Below are positions 12,701 through 26,438 of a stretch of DNA of 64,000 nt, piece by piece. The position numbers and the translations under genes were made by a program. The stretch covers positions 199,888,001 to 199,952,000 of the forward strand of contig OZ024741.1 of the NCBI GenBank assembly GCA_964016885.1. Reading direction: 5' to 3'. This DNA is from Eledone cirrhosa. Its lineage: Eukaryota. Within the stretch, counting starts at the first letter, position 1. Each line of letters begins with the position of its first letter. A model generated the notes under the pieces. The model ran no database searches and was not told the DNA's origin. It was given only the letters and a program-made list of their open reading frames with translations.

Positions 12701-14639
12701 AGTTGTATGTGATAATTATTTATGTATATATCTGTTGTCTATGTATCTGTTTATGTATTTATGTGTAGATGTATGTGTATGTAACTTCCTAAAGCGTAAT
12801 GTCCATTACATACAAAACACAAGCAGAATTATAATATGATGGTGTATACATGTGAATGCATGAGGAACCAAGTTATAAATACCTTGTTAGAGGATAATTA
12901 TTTGTAACAATACAACGTTCTTAGTATCTTGAAATAATATATTTAACACAAGGAATCGTTGACGGGAAGAAACTGCTATGGCACAATTCCAAATGTGGAA
13001 TCCGAAAAAAAATTAATATATTTCTCACAGATTGAGTTTAAGTTCCTTATTATAACTTGCCCAATACATGAGCATAAAGTTACGAGAAGAAGGATTTGAT
13101 GATGGATGAAACCACTTCCTTTGTGTATGTACGGATGATTCCATTCTACAAATGTAAATAAATATCTCTGGATAATTATGGGATATGTTTTTTCTTTCTT
13201 TTTACTGTCAAGTAGTGCCCATTACATTTTCCAAGTCATTTGAGACTGGTGAGATAAAAAAAAGTAAGATAGCCTCAAACGGTAGATCCTGTCTGAATCT
13301 CTGCATCAGACACTGATAAAGACATCTAATAATCAGGTAGTGGTGGTAAAACCAGGTGACTAATTATGAGGCCCCCCCCCCCCCCCCCCCCCCCCCCAAA
13401 AAAAAGGTCACAGCAACAGTTGAACTTACAATGCAAAATGCAAAGATCTGGAACAAATACCACAAGGTATCTTGTCTACCACCCTGAAAATTCGGCTAAT
13501 TCTCCGACCTAGACTGGTAGTTTATTTTATTGACCTTGAAAGGTTAAGAGGGAAAGTTAACTTTGGCTGGATTTGAGCTCAGAATGCAGAGAGCCCAAAC
13601 AAATATCACAAAGGATTTTGTTCAATGCTCTGACATCTCGGATGAAGAATGAGAAGATAAAGACTTAAAGTAAAGTATGAATGTGAATATTTATTTTGTC
13701 ATCATTTAATCTAAATCAAGTACATACAAGAGAACTCATCATCTACATTATTTTCCTCACTGTACTCTGTGTCAGTAAGTACAACACTTAACAATTCTTC
13801 ACATTTTTCTCATCTGGATATAGTTAGTTTATTAGTAGAGGTTTATTTTGTTTCTATGCTGACTGCCAGTTCACCCATCTGTCTTTACACATGTCTTCCA
13901 TAAGCTCTCTATCCATTAATATGTTCCAACATGAGTTTCAATTGTGCCATGATACATGTGCTAACCATCAATGCTAACATCCAATGCTAACATCCAGTGC
14001 TAACCATCAATGCATGCTGCAGTTTTTCACTTAAAGAAATCTTTTGATCCTGATCATTGACATAACATTCTTCCACTCAGCATCTAATATTGAGTTAACT
14101 CTACTTACTCTGCTGATGTCACACATCCAGCATGCTGTTACACTATGGTGGGATTTTTTTATCATTGAGGTTTACTCCTCTAATAATAAAGGTATAGTCT
14201 GGCTCCTACCCTTCAGCCTGTCAGCATAGTTGGATTTACCAGGAGTTAGATTCCTGCCAGTATAACCCTATGGATCAAAAGAGCACATAGGCCACTCCAT
14301 CACAACTAGGTATTAAATCATATATGTACAAACATATATACACACTATTGGATGGCATTGACTCTCATGAGTTCTGCCCTTCGATTTTTTTTTTTTTCAT
14401 CAGTCAGGGTCTCCAATAATGACCCAGCTCATCAAGCTGGCTTGATGGGGTTGTCAGTTTAGTTGCCAAGGACCCGATCATGCAACAGGTTGTACTGGAT
14501 TTCCAGTACCACTTGAGAGTGACCTGACATTGAGGTGTATATGAAGGCTTATTATACTATATGTATAATAAACATGTATAGGTCTTGTAAATAAATTCTA
14601 TATGAAGTCCTATGATGTGACTAAACTCATCAGGAATAG

Positions 14640-14990
14640 CAGTGATTGGGTGGAATAGAACCAGTGATGAATGTTGTGAAGAGAAATTAAATGAAATGGT
14701 TGGGGCATGTGTTGAGGAAGGGTGATAGTGATTGAGTGAGAGGAGATATGAGAACAGAGCCAATGATGAATGTTGTGAAGAGAGATGTAGTGAGATGGCT
14801 GGGTCATGTGTTGAGGAAGGGCGAGAGGAATAGAACCAGTGACGAATGATGTGAAGAGAAATGGAATGAGATGGTTGGGTCATGTGTTGAGGAAGGATGG
14901 AAGTGACTGGATGAGAGGTGAGATAGGAATGAATGTAGAAGGATTTAGAAGAAAGGTGGGACCGCAAAAGACATGACTAAAAATGATGGA
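14640..14990 (+). repeat. Degenerate tandem triplication of an RTE 3' fragment (RWLGHVLRK)
   Basis: GGTCATGTGTTGAGGAAGG-like motif at ~14703, ~14801 and ~14878. Confidence 0.6.
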
Positions 14991-15269
14991 GGAGGAAATG
15001 AAAGTCAGGAAGATGTTAAGAAAGCTAGTGATGGATTTTATTTACATATAAATACAATATATATACTTTATTTTATCGACCGCATAAGGATGAAAGACAA
15101 AGCTAATCTTGGCAGGATTTGAATTCAAGATGTAAAAAGTCATAACTATATGCTGCAAAGCATGTTGACTGATGCTCTTCTGATACTATCAATCCATTAT
15201 GAATATGATTTACATATGAACACAATATATATTATGAATATGATATTGATAGACAGTATTCCATATGTA

Positions 15270-17850
15270 TACTGTGTGCAAGAGACTAGATGGAGAGGAG
15301 AGTCTGCTAGAGTCCTTGTAGGCAAAAGTCAGTGCTACAAATTTTTCTGGGTGGGAAATTACGATGGGATGGGTGATGTAGGTATCCTACTAGCTGACAA
15401 ATGAGTAGATAAGGTAATCTCAGTGAACAGGGTGAATGCAAGAATCATTAAACTCAGACTAGTCCTGAATAAAACAATTACCACAATAATATCAGCTTAC
15501 GCGCCCCAATCGGGGTTGCCAGACAAACTTAAAGATAGGATTTACGAGTCCCTAATGCACACTACTGCTCTAACAAACGACAATGACTTCCTAATCATTG
15601 CAGGAGATTTCAACGGACACATAGGTAAACACCGTGATGGCTTCTATAGAGTCCATGGAGGCCACAGGGTTGGCACAAGAAATGAAGGGTTCAGGCTTCT
15701 AGAATTCTGCGATGCCAATGACATGTCGATATGTAACACAAACTTCAAAAAACCAGACAACCACCTGATCATCTATAGATCAGGGGATCATTCTAGTCAG
15801 AGAGATTTTATCCTCATCAGAGGACGTGACAGATGGACGGTCGTAAACACAAAAGCCTTCCCTAGTGAGGAATGTACCTCCCAACATAACTTAGTTGTCA
15901 GCAACCTCACAGTCGGAACTAGACGAACCTGGAGAAGAAAGATCTGGAAGCTGAAAGACCCCTCAACCAGTAACAGATTTAAAGATATTTTACTCGATGC
16001 CAATGACAGTAAAGAAGAACAGATAGAGACATTCAATGTAGAACACTGGGAGTTCCTAAAAAATAACTTACTAAAGGCAACGGACGAGATCTGTGGCTGG
16101 AGTAAGACCACAGGAAGAGAGTGACTTGGTGGTGGTAGATGAGGCAGTTAAGGCCAAGAGACAGGCATGGAAAGAATGGAAGAACGGGGGGAGCAGGGTA
16201 CATTACATAGAGACCAGGAAGGAAGCTAGGCGACAAGTATACTTAGCTAGGAGGGAAGCAGAGGATAGAAAATTCAAGCATATTTTGCAACATGAGGACT
16301 AGAAACAGGAGGTGTTCAAGATTGCGAGGCAGTGTGTCACAGAGAATTGTGATGGCATTGGAGAGAAGTGTATCCGGAATGATAAAGGTGAGCTTGCCCT
16401 CACAAGTGCTGAGAAGAAAGATGTGTGGAAGAGCCATTATGAAAGATTACTAAATGAGGAGAATGCATGGGAAGAAGAGACCCTACCCCAAGTAGACCCT
16501 ATAGAGGGGCCAGCAGTACAAGTCAGCAGCAGTGTAGTAAGTAAATCAATCAAAGATATGAAGATGGGGAAGGCAACCGGTTCATCGGGTATAGCTGCCG
16601 AGATGCTGAAGGCATCTGGGTCGGTAGGTCACATCATAACCACACGTATTGTTAACCAGGTAATACTAGAAGGTGTCATACCAAAAGATTGGTGCAGTAG
16701 CATCATTGTCAACTGCTACAAAGGTAAAGGTGATGCACTAGATAGAGGAAACTATAGAGGTATAAAGCTGATGGACCAGGTCATGAAAGTAACGGAAAGA
16801 GTTATAGCACAGTTGATTAGGGACTGGGTGAAGCTAGGTGAGATGCAATTTGGGTTTGTACCAGGAAAAGGCACCTCTGATGCCCTCTTCCTTGTGCGGC
16901 AGTTACAGGAAAAGTATGTAGCTAAAAGTAAGCTGCTCTACCTGGCATTTGTCAATCTCGAGAAAGCCTTTGACAGAGTTCCCCTTGCTATAATCTGGTG
17001 GGCTCTTAGAAAACTAGGAGTAGATGAATGGCTTGTGAAAACTGTATAAGCCATGTATAGGGGAGCAGTCAGCAAAGTTAGAGTTAGCAATGACTATAGC
17101 GAGGAATTTAGCATACAGGTCGGTGTCCACCAGGGCTCTGTTCTTAGCCCTCTCCTGTTCATCATAGTTTTGCAGGCAATAACGGAGGAGTTTAAGACCG
17201 GATGCCCATGGGAATTCCTGTATGCAGATGACCTTGCACTTATAGCTGAATCTATAGTAGAACTAGAGAATAAATTCCAAACTTGGAAGCAGGGACTAGA
17301 AAGAAAGGGTCTCAAAGTCAACTTGACAAAGACGGAGGTCCTTGTATGTAGATGAGAAAACAGAATCCAGATCCCCTCAGGGAAATGGCCTTGCTCAGTA
17401 TGTAGGAAAGGTGTAGGTAGGAACTCCATTCTCTGCCCCAAATGCTAACAATGGGTACACAAGAGATGTAGTGGGATCTCAGGAAGCTTAACTAAGAATG
17501 TAGGTTTCACATGTAGCAGCTGTGCTGGGACAGCAAGCAGGAAACAAGTACCACCAACTCTGGGAGAGCTCTGTAGAAACAGTAGACAGCTTCTGCTACC
17601 TAGGTGACCGAATTAGTAGCGGAGGTGGGTGTTCGGAAAGTACAATAACAGGATGGAAGAAGTTCAGGAAGCTACCGCCACTGCTAGCTGCAAAAGGCTT
17701 TTCCCTCAAAATGAAAGGCAGACTGTATGATGCATGTATACAAACAGCAATGTTACATGGTAGTGAGACCTGGGCGCTGTCTGTGGAAGACTTGCGTAGA
17801 TTAGAAAGAAATGAAGCTTGCATGCTCCGATGGATGTGTAATAGTAATAT
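15270..17850 (+). mobile_element. RTE-clade LINE (APE endonuclease + RT), defective
   Basis: CVQETRW, ISAYAPQ and GDFNGH (APE); LEKAFDRV, QGSVLSPLLF and LYADDL (RT). Multiple stops and frameshifts. Confidence 0.95.
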
Positions 17851-18489
17851 ATATCACCGTTTTACGTCCATTCTTCCACGCTACCATGGGTTAGATGGGT
17901 TGTCCTGTTGTGGGCAGTAGCCGGTTGGCTGGCCTTGTCTTGCTCATACGGGAACTGATTCTGGCTTGATTTCTACAGCTCGATGCCCTTCCTAACACCA
18001 ACCTCATTTACAGTGAGTGCTGGGTGCTTTTTTCTTTTGTGGCGCCTACACATCCACTTTACCTTGTGTTTTGAGTCGGGTATAAACATTTTTTGTTGTT
18101 ATTGCACTTCTACTGTGATCTGTTGATGTTCTCTTACAGTATATCTTGTGGTGGGGAGAGAGGCATGCTATCTGTGCTGTGTCCTCTTCAAGAGTATTGG
18201 CATCTGTTGTTCAGGTACTCCATTTTTATTCCTAATGTAAATTTGTCATCTAACTTCTCTTTTAACTACTTGATATTTTGATGTCCCCATTTTCCCAGTC
18301 TTTCTATGCCTGTCTCTTAACTTTAATGGCTCTACCTACAGCACTATTCCCCCACTAAGTCACTGTTCATCTGGCTAGTACTTTGCTCCAGTCACAAATC
18401 CCATCATTAGCTTGCAGCAGGCTGTCGGGTAGAAATCATCCTCTATGTTATATATCTACCTCCTCCTCAATTTCATCGGTTGTGTCACA

Positions 18490-19775
18490 CCAGTGTCCCA
18501 TAATCTGGTGGGCTCTTATGAAACAAGGATCAGTTGAGTGGCTTGCGAGGGCAGTACAAACGGTGTACAGATGAGTAGTCAAGGTTAGAATTAACAATGA
18601 GTATAGTGAGGAATTTAATGTGCAAGTGTGTGTGTGTGGGGGGGGGGGGGGTCACCAGGGCTCTGTTCTTGGCCCTCTCTTGTTTATTGACCTACAGGCT
18701 ATAACAGAAGAGTTTAAAATTGGCTGCCCATGGGAACTTTTATATGCTGATGACCTAGTCCTCATATCTGAATCTATGATAGAATTAGAGAAAAAATTCC
18801 AGACCTGGAAGCAAAACTTGGAATCAAATGGTCTCAAAGTCAATTTGGCAAAGACTAAAGTCATAATAAATAGAAAGGAAAATAGGGCCCTGATCACTTC
18901 AGGAAAATAGCCTTGCTCAGTGTGTAGGAAAGGTGTGGGTAGAAATTCCATTTTATGTTCTAAATGTAAACTATGGGTATGCAAGTGATGTAGTGGGGTC
19001 TTAGGCAGGCTAACAAAGAATGTAGGTTTCATATGTGGTTGATGCACAGGAGCAGTAAGCAGCAAGAGCTCACATGAAACCAGCTTTATCAAATGTTCAG
19101 GGGGCTCAGTAGTAGTAGTTAACAGCTTCTGTTCAAATTAGCAGTGGCGATGGTTGTTCTGAATTTACTACTATAAATTCAGAACAACCATCGCCACTGC
19201 TAATTTGAACAGAAGCTGTTAACTACTTCTACTGAGCCCTGGCTACTCTTAGTAGCCAGGGTGAGAATGAGATAGAAAAAGTTCATAGAGATACTACCAC
19301 TGCTAGCTACAAAAGATTTTTTCCTCAAAATGAAATGCAGATTGTATGATGCATGTGTAAGATCAGCAATACTACATGGAAGTGAGACCTGGGCATTGTG
19401 TGCAGAAGACCTATGAAACCTATAAAAGGTGCAGGCTTCTCGAAGTTGACGGAAACTATGGAAGAAGAAGATCTAGGAAAGTTTGTGATGAAGTGATAAA
19501 AGCTGACCTTGCACAATTAAACCTCTCAAAGGAGATGACTCAGGATTAAGATCTCTAGTGTTATTCTGCACTAATCTTTTCTCTCCCCATTCCCATGATA
19601 ACTTTCCTCTATCTTAATTCTTACCCTCCATCCATTACCAACTAATTATCCCATCTTAGACATCCCTCATTCACTTCATCTATGTCCAACTTGCATACTC
19701 ATTCCTTCCATCTCCCTCCTCCCTGATACACCTCTCCTGTCCAACCCATGCATACAAGCATGGAAAGCTGATCGA
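18490..19775 (+). mobile_element. Old RTE fragment containing an internal fold-back duplication
   Basis: HQGSVLGPLLF...LYADDL, with a hairpin at 19102-19239. Confidence 0.85.
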
Positions 19776-20463
19776 AATATAACTTTCTCATTATTTATCT
19801 AGTTTTTTTAACATAACATAACAAAGGTTCTTAACATGAAATTATGATGGGAGGTTTACAGCTTTGTATAATAGCACCAGGGTCAGTTTTAAGCATTTTG
19901 TTATCAAAAGGGTTAATGCCAAATTTTCACATTTCTAATAAAAAGAAATGATCAGATATTTGACTGTCATATCTTACTGATCACTGTACCTCAGAGAAAT
20001 CAATGACTCAACAGCCTCATAGTGTTGGTGCCATGATAAAATGCACTTAGTATGTTTTTTAAAGCAGTTGGCATTAGGAAGGGCATACAGCTATACAAAC
20101 TCTGGTGTATGTGAGTAAGATGTGGCTTCCAGTCAGTCCAGGTCTAGGTGAACTTACATTTCAATGACCCATGCAAACCATGCTAGCACTGAAAAATGGA
20201 CCTAAAATGATGATATGCATTATAATATATTTCACGTTGCTCCAGTTTACTCAGCTATAGAAATGAGTTGTGATGTCACTAGTGCCGAGCTATATTGGCA
20301 TTTGCCTTTCCCTTGGACAACATTGGTGGCATGGAGAGGAGAGGCTGATATTCATGGGCTACTGGTGGTCTTCCACAAACAACCTTGTCCGGACTTGTGC
20401 CCCGGAGAGGAACTTTCTAGGTACAAATCCCATGGTTATTCATGACCAAAGGGCGTCTTTACC

Positions 20464-20516
<53 letters not shown>

Positions 20517-20870
20517 CACACACACACAAAGTAGTGTGCATACTGATATTATATGCATATAGATACGTAAATTGATGAGACTATTGACACTATGTACATA
20601 AATTAAACAAAGACTGTGTTACACTTTCTTCAATAATCAGTAAAGTAATCCATGATATATTTAAAAAAGACAATGATATTATGATATGAACGCTAACAGA
20701 AGTTGACAGTTGAAAGTTTTAACAGAAGTGAATCTTGAAATAAGCAATACATTATATATAAGATTATTTATGTTTAATCAAGAGCTAAGAAATTTAGTAG
20801 ATAAAATACATAATATTTATTCATGATTTATTCAAAGTAATCCACCTTATTTTAATAAAGTGATGTAAAA

Positions 20871-21058
20871 TAATTGTTTCTACTTTTGGCACAAGGCCAG
20901 TAATTACCCAATGCATTACTGGTACTTTTATTTTATCGACCCCGTAAGGATGAAAGGCAAAGTTAACCTTGGCGGGATTTGAACTATGAATGGCAAGGGC
21001 CGTAACTCTATGCTGCAAAGCATGGCTTCCGACCCTCTACCGATACTGCCAATCCGCT
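20871..21058 (-). mobile_element. SINE family A
   Basis: Reverse complement of the family A consensus. Confidence 0.85.
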
Positions 21059-21439
21059 CGTAAAATAATAAACTGCACACAGTCTGGCAGTTCTCCAATC
21101 ATTACATATAAGATATATATATATCATCATTACATCAATCATCGTTTAACGTCTATCTTCCACGATAGCATAGGTTAGATAGGAATTGTTCCACTTGAAG
21201 CAAGATTGATCGGGTGACCGGGTCTCTTTCGTATAGGACTGTATCTGGCAGGTTTTCTACGGCTGGATGCCCTTCCTAACACCAACAACAGTGTGGACTG
21301 GGAGCCTTTTTATCGTGTCTCCTACACGACCACTTTACAGCGTGGACTAGGTGCTTTTTTGTTGTGACACCTACACAACCTCTTTAGTTTGGACTGGATG
21401 TTCTGTGGTACCAACATAACTTTACTGAGAAAGGGTGGT

Positions 21440-22468
21440 GTCATCATCGTTTAATGTCCATCTTCCACGCTTGCATGGGTTTGGACGGGAATTTTCCCAC
21501 TTGAGGCAAGATTGGTTGTCTTGCTCGTATAGGACTGTCTGGCGGGTTTTCTACGGCTGGATGCCCTTCCTAACACCAACCACGTTTACAGTGTGGACTG
21601 GGAGGTTTTTACCGTGTTACCTACACGGCCACATTACAGCGTGGACTGTGTGTTTTTTTGTTGTGACACCTACACGACCTCATTTATAGCGTGGACTGTG
21701 TTTTTTTTGTCGTGACACTTACACAACCTCATTTATTTAGGACTGGTTGTTGTGGTACCAACATGACTTTGCATCGAAAGCGGTGGTGTGGATGGGGTGG
21801 GGGTAGTGGGACAGGGGTGTATTTTTGTTAAGAGGTGCCTACTGACTGTAGGTTTCGCTTTGTACTTAGGCAAGGCGGGTCTTCTGTATTACTGTGTAGC
21901 GCCAAAGATCTCGGTCCAGTGAGATTGTCTTGGAGAGGTGTAAGTGTGTGAGGTCGGAATTTATCTAGTCGTCCCAGCATCTGATCCCTCTTATTCCTAA
22001 TTTCTCACTTAGTTCATTTATGCTTTGCCGTTCACGTATATTACTATTACACATCCAACGGAGCATGCAACCTTCGTTCCTCTCAAGTCTGCGTATATCC
22101 TCTGCACACAATGTCCAAGTCTCACTGCCATGTAACATTGCTGTTCGTATGCATGCATCATACAGCCTGCCTTTCATTTTTAGAGAGAAACCTTTAGTGG
22201 CCAACAGTGGTATAAGCTCTCTGAACTTTTTCCATCCCGTTCTGACTCTAGCTACTGTACTTTCAGAGCACCCTCCACCACTGCTGATTTTGTCACTCAG
22301 GTAACGGAAGGTGTCTATTATTTCTATAGAACCATCTGTGCAATGGAATGAGCTAGTATTCTGTGGGCACTTGCTGCTACTTAGTGCACCTGAGCTCCGG
22401 CCACATATAAAATCTATATTCTTAGTTAGCTTACCTGTGATCCCACTACATCTTTTATGCACCCATAC
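21440..22468 (-). mobile_element. 5'-truncated RTE (RT C-terminus + 3' UTR)
   Basis: ORF 21965-22462 (HKRCSGITGK...LRWMCNSN). Same subfamily as 31511-34758. Confidence 0.9.
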
Positions 22469-23763
22469 TTATATATATATATATATATATATTAAACATA
22501 ATAGAAAACCTGCCTGACTGTCCTATACGAGCGAGACGACCAATCTTGCCTCAAGTGGGACAATTCCTGTCTAAACCCATGCTAGCATGGAAGATAGACG
22601 TTAAACGATGATGATGATGATGATGATGATGATTATATATATATATATATATATATATATTATGTTTAATATAGAAATGGCTTCTACAAGACTAGAGCTG
22701 TTTTATTCAAAAGAAATTATCAGGAAAGCCAACTGTCCTTGTAAACTGTTATATTCACATATTTTCTGGTGGTTGGGGAAGGGGGTGATTTTGAGGATGG
22801 GTAAAGGTCATTGGCCAAGGGATTTTAAAGAACAAACAGGGCTTCTTAGAAAAAACTATTTTTAAATATATACACAATAGTATGAGGACACAGATAAAAG
22901 ACGAGGTTCACATTTACACTCTTGTACCCACGAATGCCCACACATTTGAAGGGTTCATTTTTTCTAAGTATATATCTATACAAATCGATATGTTTAAAAT
23001 AACGATATCTTGAATTTGAAATGAAAACATTCTATTTGAAATATCTCAATGTTATAAAATTAGTTACGTTTCCAATACAAATTTAACTTTGGATCTGATT
23101 ACAAAAATAATAGGTAATTATATTATATATATACATATATGTGTGAGAATATTCTTAATTTCATATATATCATTTTCTTCTATACTTACATAGGACATTA
23201 ACTAACAAAAAAAATCTACTAAATATTTTCAAATCTTTCTCTTATAAATAACTGAACAAACAACTCCTGCTGTAACCAGTTCCTAGTTATAACATTTTTT
23301 CTGGAAAAAAACAAAAAAAAACACTGATAAATTTATGAACTTGCATGTTTGAAAACCTTGTACAAGCTTATGTTAAATTTGCACTTAAAATTTTAACTAC
23401 CTGACTAAATGCTCCATTCTTTGAATCCTCTTTTTCTTGAGATTTGTCTTATAGTATTAGTTTGTTATTTTATTCTATATATTTCCTAAAGAGATATGGT
23501 TAGGATAAAGTGCCCATAATGGAGTTTATTTATACATCTATGAACGTTAGAACTCGGCTAGAATATTGCATCCATTTACGGAGAGAGTCATCATCATCAA
23601 CATCATCATCACCGTTTTTAGCATGGAAGAACGGATGTAAAATGGTGATGATGATGATGACTCTCTCCGTAAATGGATGCGATATTCTAGCCGAGTTCTA
23701 ACATTCATAGATGTATAAATAAATAATAATTCCCTATCCTTGGCTTTCTTAAAATTTTGAATA

Positions 23764-24258
23764 CCGTATATGCCGGCGTGCAAGTCGATCCGTCCATAGG
23801 TCGACTCCTAAAATTCTGAGGTGTAATTCAGGTTTAAGCCTATATTCGCCAGATAAAGACCCCCCCCCCCCCCCCCCCCCCTGACCCCCAAAAATAAGGC
23901 AGTTGCAGGGGAAATAATTAAAAAAATTTAGTGGCGTGTTAAAGGCTAAGATTCTTTTTTTTAAATACTTCAGTTGCAAGTGAGTTCTAACTCACTGAGT
24001 AAACCAGCCTAGGCTAACCTTAACGAACCTATGGAAACCTACCCTATGAGCTACAATCTCTATGTTAAATAGATTTATATGAGATTCACTAGGAAATAAT
24101 TGTGGTGGGCTACTAGAGATATGGTAACTGGTTTTAGGCAGGCAGTTTCACTGTTTACTCCTGAGGCTCACATTTTGTATTTGGCAGACAAATCAACTCC
24201 TGGTTTTGGAGAGATTTTTTTAGGCTCCAAATGTCGACTTGTATGCCGGCATATATGG
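23764..24258. mobile_element. Tc1/pogo-type MITE with TA TSD
   Basis: TA|CCGTATATGCCGGCGTGCAAGTCGA ... TCGACTTGTATGCCGGCATATATGG|TA. Confidence 0.8.
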
Positions 24259-25829
24259 TATATATAATATATATATATATGTATGTATATATATATATAA
24301 AAATATATATATATACTAATTAAAAATATCATAACATATATATGTGTGATGAATATATTTTTCAGTAAAAAAGCTCAATGGACGCTTGTCCAGAACATCA
24401 ATAATTAAAATTATAAAATATATATATATGTATATATATATACATATATATATAGCCATATATCATTAGAGAAACACATAGTATTTTGTACATATATATA
24501 AAAAGCATATACTATTTAGGAAACATTAAGGTGGAAAAGTTATTATATTTCTTACAACACCATTTCATAGTTCCTAGAACCAGATTGAAAATCGATCTAA
24601 GTAATCCATTATCGATTACTATCGATTTTGGTATAGCACTGGGAATGTGGAAATAATCGTCAGAGGAAAACGTCTTGTCAAGTTCCAATAAAATACAAAA
24701 TACCTTTATATCTGTCATGTTCCAAGAAGTCAATCCAAACCACGTACTGTGAATTAATTTTTAACAGTAATGGCAGATATGAAGCTATTTTGTATTTTTA
24801 ATACCCTAAATAAAGACTTTTAAAAAATAACACACACATGTATGTGTGTATGTATGTATGTATGCAAAATAACATTTATGTTATCTTGAATTAAGCTGTT
24901 GATATCAAATGTATTTAAATCTTGTGTGATACATTTACTGCTATAGTACAGTAGCTGCTTCAGTCTTAGCAACCTTGGTAATCAGTGATGGTGCAGTCAA
25001 ATTTTTCCCTGTCATCATAATGAGTGATGAAATTCCACTAATGAATGCAAATGGTATATGCAGTCATTCAAGAAAGAATGGCTGCAAGATACGGAATTTA
25101 ACACTTTTGATACCAAACCGCACAAAACTGCCCTTGGTTCTATGATAGAAAGCTGTTTATTTTAAAGTGTTTGTATTTATCTAAAACTCTTCCATCATAA
25201 TTTTATGTAAGAACCGTTTTTATATTCCAAATATCAGTGTAATAATGAGGAAGTTAGTTACATTTATAGATCTTTCCAAATTCTCTGAAAAATGCAGGGA
25301 ATCTCAGACTTTGCAGTCCAAAACAAAAATTTTTGATTGCACTATTCATTTTGGATTTTGCATTGTGCTAAAAGGGATGTAGCTATCCTCACCACACATG
25401 GCCGGTTGTGGGTTGGTGAGGCTATTTAGCCCATAGTTGGCGTGGATGGTTGTTGACTCTGAGGAGTTTATCTGCCTTTTTAACAGCTCTTGCTTTTTGT
25501 GCTGCTTGGATTCTGCTTAGCTTCCTCATCAAACCAGGGTCTGGTGGAGGATCCGGTTTAGTTGCTGACCACTTGACCATGAAGCAGGTTGTACTGGGTT
25601 GCATGGTACCAGTAACAGACATAAGCCTGACTTGACCATAGGATTCCATATATAAATAACCATAAATGTTCCTATTGAATGGGTCAAGGCTGTTATTGTT
25701 TAACTTTATCCACTTCTTTAGATTCAATTGTAATAATCTTGAACTATATATAGTTGTGTGTGTGTCAACATTATTAACCCTTTCACCTGAAAACTGCCAC
25801 CCTACTTTTGCGCTAATATGTCATCCTCC

Positions 25830-26080
25830 TCATTTCCTGGCCAACAGGATGGAAAAGACATTAACCCGGAGGATGGAGAGGGAGACATGCTGGAACATCC
25901 ACTCCACCTCGTGAAGCATGCACCTGCAGGCAGTCAACTCTGTTCCAATAGCAATGAGTAGGAATGTGGTCCGGGGGCCAAAAATGCCCGAAGTCTCTAC
26001 TGCTAAAGGCTCAACCATGAACCTATCAGAGAGCAGCTGATGCTTTGCCAAGTTTGCTCTCTTCAACCTGGCAGGCGACG
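25830..26080 (-). mobile_element. Fragment of a CRE-like (RLE-endonuclease) non-LTR retrotransposon C-terminus
   Basis: PLAVETSGIFG...WMFQHVSLSILRVNVFSIL resembles the PxAVETxGxWG...FQRxSxxxQRGNA C-terminal motif. Confidence 0.55.
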
Positions 26081-26246
26081 AAACCAGGGCTGGTAATTTA
26101 TGAATGGTTTTGCTTTTCAGTTATGTTTGCTTACAGATTATTATAAATTCTGAGTAATGTGCTCAATACATTTACACATATCATTTTAAAATTTATGTTC
26201 TACTATGCAACTTGTGGATAGTGTGTTTTTTTTTGTATTCATATAA

Positions 26247-26438
26247 TAATTGTTTCCACTTTTGGCACACGGCCAGCAATTACCCTAGTGCATTACTGGT
26301 GCTTTATTTTATCGACTCTGTAAGGATGAAAGGCAAAGCTAATCTTGGCAGGATTTGAACTCAGAACGCAAAGGGCCATAACTCTATGTTGCAAAGCATG
26401 GTATCTGACACTCTACCGATACTGCTAATCCACCGCCC
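26247..26438 (-). mobile_element. SINE family A
   Basis: Reverse complement of the family A consensus. Confidence 0.85.
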
